Source: Candidatus Helarchaeota ASGARD archaeon Hel_GB_B | GTDB lineage: Archaea > Asgardarchaeota > Lokiarchaeia > Helarchaeales > HEL-GB-B | Reading direction: 5' to 3' | Assembly (NCBI GenBank): GCA_005191425.1 | Contig: SUPR01000063.1 | Coordinates: forward strand, 1 to 21,812 | Length of the DNA: 21,812 nucleotides | Shown: positions 15,659 through 21,812 of the stretch, piece after piece | How positions within the stretch are numbered: the first letter of the stretch is position 1 | How the letters are laid out: each line of letters begins with the position of its first letter | Position numbers and translations under genes: made by a program | The notes under the pieces: generated by a model | Told to the model about the DNA's origin: nothing | Database searches by the model: none | Seen by the model: only the letters and a program-made list of their open reading frames with translations

Positions 15659-16855
15659 TTGGGACTAAAAGAATCTTTTTCTAGAATTATAAAATTATTA
15701 TATAAAGAATTTTCACTGATTAAAGGCGATAAAAGGGCTCTTTTTATGGCACTTGCCTTACCTCCATTAATTATTTCAGCATTTGGATTTGTTGGAGTAA
15801 TTAGCGATATTGAAGGGACTCCTATTAATTGTGCTGTAATAACTTATGACTCGCTTGGTTATTATTATCCTCAATACAATACTACTTATTATAATTCGAC
15901 TTGGGATAGCGTTTTTATAAATATGTTTAATAATGGTCAATTTCCGCGGTTAAAATTAAAAATCTTTTATAATGCATCAGAAGACCCTTATAGCATGCAC
16001 GAAGCTAGATTAGACCTTGCTAGTGATAAAGTAGATTTAATCATATTGATACCTGCTGAATTTAGTGAAGCTATTGATCTAGGTTTTCCTGCAATTATTG
16101 ATAATATTCCAGATGGGTCTAATATAGAAACAATTAAAGATTCGCTAAATTTAATGTATACTGCTACTAATATTTTTGTTGAAACGAATAATATAACTCC
16201 ACAAATTAATATGAACTCTCGTCCAGTATATGGTGTTCCTCAAAACGCTAATGAAATAATGGCTTGGGCAAGTACAATTTCTTTACCATTTTTAATAATT
16301 GGTTCCTGTTTAACTCTAACAATTTTATCTGTAGTTAATGAAAAACCGATACCTCGTTTATTAATTACCCCTGCAAAAAAGGGCGAAGTTTTAGCAGCAA
16401 AATATATTGCCAATTCTATTATAATGATTGCACAATGTGTATTAACCGTAACTTTTGCGTCAATATTCGGACTTTATATTTCAGGGTCAATTGTAGACCT
16501 ATTTCTAGCTCTCTTTGCTATTGGTTTTTATGGTATGTGTATGGGTTTACTTATATCAACAATTTCTGATACGGAAACTCAAGCTAACCAACTTTTAGTG
16601 GCTGTCTTCTTAATCATGATACTCTTAAGTGGTATGTTTATTGACATTTCTAACATGAATATTGTCCTCCAAGTTATTGCATATGGTCTACCTTTTGCTT
16701 ACGCTGTACCTTTAATTTCTGAAATATGTTTTAAAGCAAAAGGTATTTTTACAAACCCAACACTATTTTGGAATTTTATGGGCATAATTATTATCTGTAT
16801 GGTAATGATCTTTCTAACATATTTGATTTTTAAATTAAAAAGAAAAGAGGTATAA
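15659..16855 (+). CDS. ABC-2 type transporter permease, paralogue of the upstream gene
   Basis: KEFSLIKGDKRALFMALALP, PRLLITPAKKGEVLAAKY and ETQANQL (EQQANQL in the paralogue), with the same topology. TTG start with SD. Confidence 0.88.
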   Translation: MGLKESFSRIIKLLYKEFSLIKGDKRALFMALALPPLIISAFGFVGVISDIEGTPINCAVITYDSLGYYYPQYNTTYYNSTWDSVFINMFNNGQFPRLKLKIFYNASEDPYSMHEARLDLASDKVDLIILIPAEFSEAIDLGFPAIIDNIPDGSNIETIKDSLNLMYTATNIFVETNNITPQINMNSRPVYGVPQNANEIMAWASTISLPFLIIGSCLTLTILSVVNEKPIPRLLITPAKKGEVLAAKYIANSIIMIAQCVLTVTFASIFGLYISGSIVDLFLALFAIGFYGMCMGLLISTISDTETQANQLLVAVFLIMILLSGMFIDISNMNIVLQVIAYGLPFAYAVPLISEICFKAKGIFTNPTLFWNFMGIIIICMVMIFLTYLIFKLKRKEV

Positions 16856-16857
16856 TA

Positions 16858-17838
16858 TTGCAAGCCAGTGAAAAACAAAAAATAATTGAGGTTTCGAATT
16901 TAAATTTATCCTTCGGTAAAAAGCATATCTTAAAAGACATTTCTTTTTATTGTTATGAAGGTGAAATTCTAGGACTAATGGGCATATCTGGAGCAGGTAA
17001 AACTACAATAGTCCGGGTATTGGTAGCACAATTACCAAATTTCACTGGTAAAGTAATCTGTGCAGGAATGGACGTAAAAAAAAGTGGAATAAAAATACTT
17101 CAAAAAATTGGATATGTCCCTCAACTTGAATCTCTAAATCTCTATTATAATTTTACTGCACTTCAAAATGTTAGAATATTCGGGTCTATGTTTGGGTTGA
17201 GTAAAAAAGAAGCTATTGAACAAGGAAAACGCATTTTTCAAGTTCTCGAAATCCCGGAAGATACATGGAAATCTAAAGTAAAAGATATGTCTGGTGGTGA
17301 AAAAAAGCGAGTTTCAATCGCATTGGGCCTTATTAATAACCCCGAAGTCCTATTTCTTGACGAACCTACTACTGGAGTTGATGCTTCTAAAAGATTCGAC
17401 ATTCTTAATTATCTCAGAAAACTAAATCGCGAAATAAAAACTACAATGGTTATTGTAACCCATGATTTAGAAACTTCTAATATTTGCGATAAAGTGGTCC
17501 TTCTTAGAAATGGGCAAATTGTCGATTTTGATACCCCTGCTAATTTAATTTATAAATTACCTTCAAATGGTGAAATCGCCCGCCTTAAAATTGATGAATT
17601 AAGCAATAAAATTATTGAAACAATTCAAAATAAAGATTATGTTAAATATGTGTTAAGAGTCGGAAAAAATGATATCGAAGTTTATCTTCATGACATTAAT
17701 AACAATATTAAAAAGCTTGTCGATCAGTTAGTCGACAACAATATCCTTGTTTCTTCAGTTACTAGAGGTGAAGCTTCTTTTAAAAGATATTTTCAAATCA
17801 GAATGCAATCTATAGAACAATCAAAAAATGAGGTTTGA
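16858..17838 (+). CDS. ABC transporter ATP-binding protein with C-terminal regulatory domain
   Basis: Walker A GISGAGKT, Q-loop YVPQ, signature MSGGE, Walker B FLDEP and H-loop VTHD. Confidence 0.93.
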   Translation: MQASEKQKIIEVSNLNLSFGKKHILKDISFYCYEGEILGLMGISGAGKTTIVRVLVAQLPNFTGKVICAGMDVKKSGIKILQKIGYVPQLESLNLYYNFTALQNVRIFGSMFGLSKKEAIEQGKRIFQVLEIPEDTWKSKVKDMSGGEKKRVSIALGLINNPEVLFLDEPTTGVDASKRFDILNYLRKLNREIKTTMVIVTHDLETSNICDKVVLLRNGQIVDFDTPANLIYKLPSNGEIARLKIDELSNKIIETIQNKDYVKYVLRVGKNDIEVYLHDINNNIKKLVDQLVDNNILVSSVTRGEASFKRYFQIRMQSIEQSKNEV

Positions 17839-17843
17839 TTAAT

Positions 17844-20800
17844 ATGAAAAAATGGATTTCGATATCTTTGATAATTGGAGTTTTAATTGGTGCTCCTGCA
17901 ATTTCATTAATTATTATTAATATTCCACCTCCCACATACTTTTCTAATAGCGAGATGCGGATGATTTATAGTGGATTTTGGGATTATTCGCGTTCTTTCA
18001 GCACTAAACACGAAAATATTTTTATTGAAACTTCGATTGATAATTTATATTACTCTATTATGGTATATAATGAATTAAATAGTACTTCCATATTCAATTA
18101 TTCTGAAATTGATAAAAAAATATATCATTACTTCTTTTGGAGTAGACAAAATACTAACGGTGGATTTTCAGATATTGCAGGTACTGGAAATATGATCGAT
18201 ACCTATAAAGCAATTATGGGAATAAATGAGACTGAAACATTTATTTCACCTGGAAATTCATCGGATCAAATTAATCTATTATTACAATTCATTAATGGTT
18301 GTAAAGTAGACTCATTTAAATTTCCATTTACCAATATTACTGGTTATTCTTCTATGCCTTTATCTTCTATAATCGATGAATTTGGGCTACCAGCTTATAC
18401 CTCTTATATAATAACTGATGTAAGTAGCACTAGTATGGCAGTTGAAATAATGAATTTATACTCAAAACTACCTTCTAATATAACAAGAATAATCAAATAT
18501 TTTCTCTCCTCTTTAGCACCTTTAGGTGGATTTAGGGCATCTCCTTTTACCCCTTATTCAACCGGTGATATAATTTCAACTTATTATGCAATTCATGGTC
18601 TAAAAATTTTGAACTATTCTTTCAGTATTTTTGAATTAAATAATTCTCTAAAACCTTGGTTAAAAAATTGCCAAAATTCTGATGGGGGTTTTGGAGTTAT
18701 GCCTGGTAATAATTCCAATTTGGAATCTACTTTTTATGCAATAAAAGCACTTCAAGAACTTGGTGATACTCCTAATAATATTTCTGCAGCAATTAATTAT
18801 ATAAAATCATGTCAAAATTTTAAAGGTATCCCTTATAATGGTGATGGCGGATTTGGATATAATGAATTAATTTATACCGAACATTCTGATTATAAGTACG
18901 CTTATTTTGCGGTCGGTGGACTTAAAATATTAGGTGGCAGTTTATCATTAGGCAATTTAACTTCTCTACATGAATGGTTTATATCTAATTACGCAAAAAA
19001 TGGTTTTTTTGGCTTAAAGTCTGTAGTAGCTAATTATTGGGGGTTAAATGCAGCAGAAATTGCAAGTAAAAAAGGTTTTAATATTTTTTCAAGCTATGAA
19101 AATATTTCTTTATATCTGAATATGTGCCAAAATAGTGATGGTGGTTATGGGATAAGACCTAATGAACCTTCGGACGTTTTATCAACTTATTGTGCTATTA
19201 AATCCTATTCAATTATACATATTACTCCACCTAATATCAATAAATCAATAAATTGGCTAAAATCTCTCCAAAACTCTGACGGTGGGTTTAAGACTTATAT
19301 TGATTTTACTTATTTAATTCAATTATATGGGCCATTATTTGGTTTAATTAATGAAGAATTAGTCAATGAAAACATTTCATCCGTCCCTGCCACGTTTTTT
19401 GCGGTCGCTTCACTAAATATATTAGGCTCAAATCCTAATGAAATATGGAATTTAACTTTATGGTTAAAATCCCTACAGAACCCTGATGGTGGTTTCGCTT
19501 TTACTCTTGGATCAAAAAGCGAGGTTATTTCTACATATTATACAATTCAGACATTTAAATACGTAGGTTCATCCCAAGATTCTAGAATGTCTGCAATTGA
19601 ATTTTTAAGGAATTGCCAAGGTTCAGATGGTGGATTTGCTCCATATCCATATTTAGCCGATTTTCTGGGATATTCATATTTATTTGTTTCATATACTGCT
19701 AGTAGATCATTATATTATTTAGGATATTTTCCCGAAAATATCTTATTAACAGTTCGTTGGTTTGCCTCATGCTTTGATTACGAATATTACAACCTCACAA
19801 AATCTGGAATTGGCATAGGCGATGTACCCGGTTTTGGTGCGGATTTAAGAAATACTTATTATACAATGGACATAATTGAACAGCTGAATAAAAATCAAAC
19901 ATTTGACCCAGATCCATGGAACACCCTAATTTTATCTATTCTAATCATTGATTCCACATTCTTAATAGCGTGGCTAATTGGCTCTTTATTTATTAAGAAA
20001 ATTAAAAGAAAGCCTAAAGTAGATGAAAAATTAAAATATAGCATCACCTCGAACCCTGCAATTTTTGTAGAAAAAATGATGGTAAAAGCTGGAAAAAAAA
20101 TAATAATTAAAGACATCTCAATTACATTAAACCATAAAGAAGTACTTGGAGTCATTGGTGAGTCTGGAGCTGGTAAATCAACATTTATAAAAGCTGCTTT
20201 AGGTACACGTAAAGCTACTGGAATAAGAAAAATTTATGGCTATGATGTAGAATCTAATAAAAAGAAACTAAGTCCACTCATTGGATATGTACCTCAAGAT
20301 TTAGGACAAACTTTATATCATAACCTATCAGTTCAAAAGAACATAGAAATTTTCGGTGTACAATATGGTCTTAAAAAAGAAGAAATAGAAAAAGAATCTA
20401 ATATTATTCTAAAAGATTTGGGTATTCTGGACAAGAAAGATGAATTTATTAGAAATTTAAGTGGCGGGCAAAAGCGAAGGGCCTCTATTGCAATAGCTAT
20501 GATTCACCATCCTCTATTATTTATTCTTGACGAACCTACTTCTGGCTTAGATCCTATTATTAGAGAACAACTATGGGAAACTCTTCTAAAAGTAAATGAT
20601 AAATATCAAACTACATTAGTAGTTATTACTCATTATCCTGAAGAGTCTAGATATTGTACTAAATGCGCTATCTTTGGTAGAAAAAGAGGTATGATTGATT
20701 TTGGCACACCACAAGAATTAATTTCAAATTTACCTGGCTCTGGCCGTGCAATTGAAGTTTTGATCCAATCTGATAAAAATAATTTAATAGAAATTCTTCG

Positions 20801-20996
20801 GAATATTCCTGAGTTTGATTTTGTCCTGGAAGAAAGGAAAAACGAACTCTTTAAGATCTTTACCAATTTGACTAGATCTGAAATATTGGAAATATTAACA
20901 AAAAATTTTGAGGCATATGAAATCAAGGATATCCAACAAATTGAAGCCGGGATGAGCGATTATTTTAGATTAAAATCTTTAGAAATTACTGAATAA
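17844..20996 (+). CDS. fusion protein: signal/anchor + prenyltransferase/squalene-oxidase-type repeats + TM helix + ABC ATPase
   Basis: A hydrophobic N-terminus (WISISLIIGVLIGAPAISLIIINI) is followed by about 11 repeats of the W/Y-L-x-x-x-Q-N-x-D-G-G-F...S/D-x-x-x-T-Y-Y-A-I type (~18130-19880). A TM helix at ~19917-19994 is followed by KKIKRKPK, then an intact NBD (GESGAGKS, YVPQ, LSGGQ, ILDEP, ITHY). ATG 17844 fits the SD better than TTG 17835 in the track. Confidence 0.88.
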   Translation: MKKWISISLIIGVLIGAPAISLIIINIPPPTYFSNSEMRMIYSGFWDYSRSFSTKHENIFIETSIDNLYYSIMVYNELNSTSIFNYSEIDKKIYHYFFWSRQNTNGGFSDIAGTGNMIDTYKAIMGINETETFISPGNSSDQINLLLQFINGCKVDSFKFPFTNITGYSSMPLSSIIDEFGLPAYTSYIITDVSSTSMAVEIMNLYSKLPSNITRIIKYFLSSLAPLGGFRASPFTPYSTGDIISTYYAIHGLKILNYSFSIFELNNSLKPWLKNCQNSDGGFGVMPGNNSNLESTFYAIKALQELGDTPNNISAAINYIKSCQNFKGIPYNGDGGFGYNELIYTEHSDYKYAYFAVGGLKILGGSLSLGNLTSLHEWFISNYAKNGFFGLKSVVANYWGLNAAEIASKKGFNIFSSYENISLYLNMCQNSDGGYGIRPNEPSDVLSTYCAIKSYSIIHITPPNINKSINWLKSLQNSDGGFKTYIDFTYLIQLYGPLFGLINEELVNENISSVPATFFAVASLNILGSNPNEIWNLTLWLKSLQNPDGGFAFTLGSKSEVISTYYTIQTFKYVGSSQDSRMSAIEFLRNCQGSDGGFAPYPYLADFLGYSYLFVSYTASRSLYYLGYFPENILLTVRWFASCFDYEYYNLTKSGIGIGDVPGFGADLRNTYYTMDIIEQLNKNQTFDPDPWNTLILSILIIDSTFLIAWLIGSLFIKKIKRKPKVDEKLKYSITSNPAIFVEKMMVKAGKKIIIKDISITLNHKEVLGVIGESGAGKSTFIKAALGTRKATGIRKIYGYDVESNKKKLSPLIGYVPQDLGQTLYHNLSVQKNIEIFGVQYGLKKEEIEKESNIILKDLGILDKKDEFIRNLSGGQKRRASIAIAMIHHPLLFILDEPTSGLDPIIREQLWETLLKVNDKYQTTLVVITHYPEESRYCTKCAIFGRKRGMIDFGTPQELISNLPGSGRAIEVLIQSDKNNLIEILRNIPEFDFVLEERKNELFKIFTNLTRSEILEILTKNFEAYEIKDIQQIEAGMSDYFRLKSLEITE

Positions 20997-21027
20997 ATTT
21001 ATATTCTTCGTCAAAATTGTGAAAAAA

Positions 21028-21812
21028 ATGAGTACAAATGAAAATGTTAGAAACGAAATATTGAAAATAATGACCAAATTCGGATTTTGGGCTATAATGA
21101 AAAATTATATGAACGGAGTTGCTGGTTATATCCGGGCAGGTAATAATAAAATTTACTGTGAAATATTATTTCCCAATGATTACCCAAATAAAAATGCAAT
21201 TTTCAAATTTCCAAATAAAACATCAATAAAAATTTTAAACAAATATAATGAACTAATCCAGAAAAATAAAAAAATATCTCCATTTCAAATCATAGACGAG
21301 CTAAGGTCTACCGTCAAAACATTACCACCACCCGGTGTCATCCTTGAAGAAGACCTAGACCTCGAATTAAACCGAATTAGTAAATATTATAAAATTTCTA
21401 CGTCCAACGACAAATATAAAATTAAAGTAGAATTTGAAAGTCCCAAATTAGTTTTTTATTCAATGGACCTAGACGTCCATAATTATCCAAAATTAATTGA
21501 TATTAAATTTTCAAACGACCTTCAAAAAGTTATAGGTGATCCACACGAATTAGAATTTATGAAAAATTGGAATTCGAGTAGACCACTTGATATCTTGGAA
21601 ATTATTGATTCAGTTAATAAAATTTTGAAAAGTTATAAAGAGTCAATCACTGATGACCAAACAATTTCCATCAAAAATTTAGATATAATAATTGATGGTA
21701 AAAAAATAATCAACAATCTTAATTTTCTGATACAATCTGGTGAATTAATTGGAATTTATACCGAAAATCAAGATATTATTAAACCATTTTTCAATGCTTT
21801 TATAGGAAAACA
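21028..21812 (+). CDS. partial CDS (not in ORF track): two UBC/RWD-like repeats + start of a degenerate ABC ATPase-like domain
   Basis: Open frame of 261 codons from ATG 21028 to the window edge, 31 nt after the fusion gene. It contains YCEILFPNDYPNKNAIFKF and MDLDVHNYPKLIDIKF...KNWNSSRPLDILEIIDSV. From 21664 it reads ISIKNLDIIIDGKKIINNLNFLIQSGELIGI, followed by YTENQDIIKP in place of a Walker A. Confidence 0.75.
   Translation, partial: MSTNENVRNEILKIMTKFGFWAIMKNYMNGVAGYIRAGNNKIYCEILFPNDYPNKNAIFKFPNKTSIKILNKYNELIQKNKKISPFQIIDELRSTVKTLPPPGVILEEDLDLELNRISKYYKISTSNDKYKIKVEFESPKLVFYSMDLDVHNYPKLIDIKFSNDLQKVIGDPHELEFMKNWNSSRPLDILEIIDSVNKILKSYKESITDDQTISIKNLDIIIDGKKIINNLNFLIQSGELIGIYTENQDIIKPFFNAFIGK

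Noticed and set aside
15640-17838. Shared C-terminal xEV tails as PDZ-binding motifs
   Set aside because: The embedded GAGGT Shine-Dalgarno sequences of the following genes fully explain them.
18130-19880. Calling the repeat region a squalene-hopene cyclase, GGTase beta subunit or thioester protein
   Set aside because: The repeats end in DGGF/Y rather than the QW-type DGGW, and DxDD, DxC and CGEQ motifs were not found. The domain also appears extracellular, so only the fold family is supported.
19895-20926. 86-aa and 97-aa - strand ORFs
   Set aside because: Antisense shadows inside the barrel-NBD fusion gene.
21028-21630. Calling the last ORF an active ubiquitin-conjugating E2
   Set aside because: There is no HPN motif, and the only Cys lies before the YP turn rather than at the catalytic position.
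1-21812. CRISPR array, tRNA/rRNA genes, transposase or integrase
   Set aside because: I saw no spaced repeats, cloverleaf or rRNA-like GC-rich segments, and no recombinase motifs.

Overview
A very AT-rich, gene-dense archaeal chromosomal window, most likely from an Asgard archaeon. That assignment is an inference from gatDE, a stand-alone longin-like protein, a three-domain Clp1/Nol9-type kinase and UBC/RWD-like repeats. The left two-thirds is mostly housekeeping: ADP-forming acyl-CoA synthetase beta subunit, thrC, MEMO1/AmrB, gatE-gatD, a Clp1-type RNA kinase and a 2-hydroxyacid dehydrogenase. It also holds three uncharacterised proteins and two small ORFs absent from the ORF track (a 35-aa single-TM protein and a 43-aa charged peptide). 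The most unusual part is a tightly coupled ABC-2 (type V) transporter operon from 14491 to the window edge. It encodes two permeases, one ordinary ATPase, and a ~1050-aa protein with a surface-exposed prenyltransferase-type repeat barrel joined through one TM helix to an intact ATPase. It ends in a truncated ORF, not in the track, with two UBC/RWD-like repeats fused to an ATPase-like domain whose Walker A is degenerate. No rRNA, tRNA, CRISPR array or mobile element was recognised. All family calls come from reading motifs by eye; no database searches were run.
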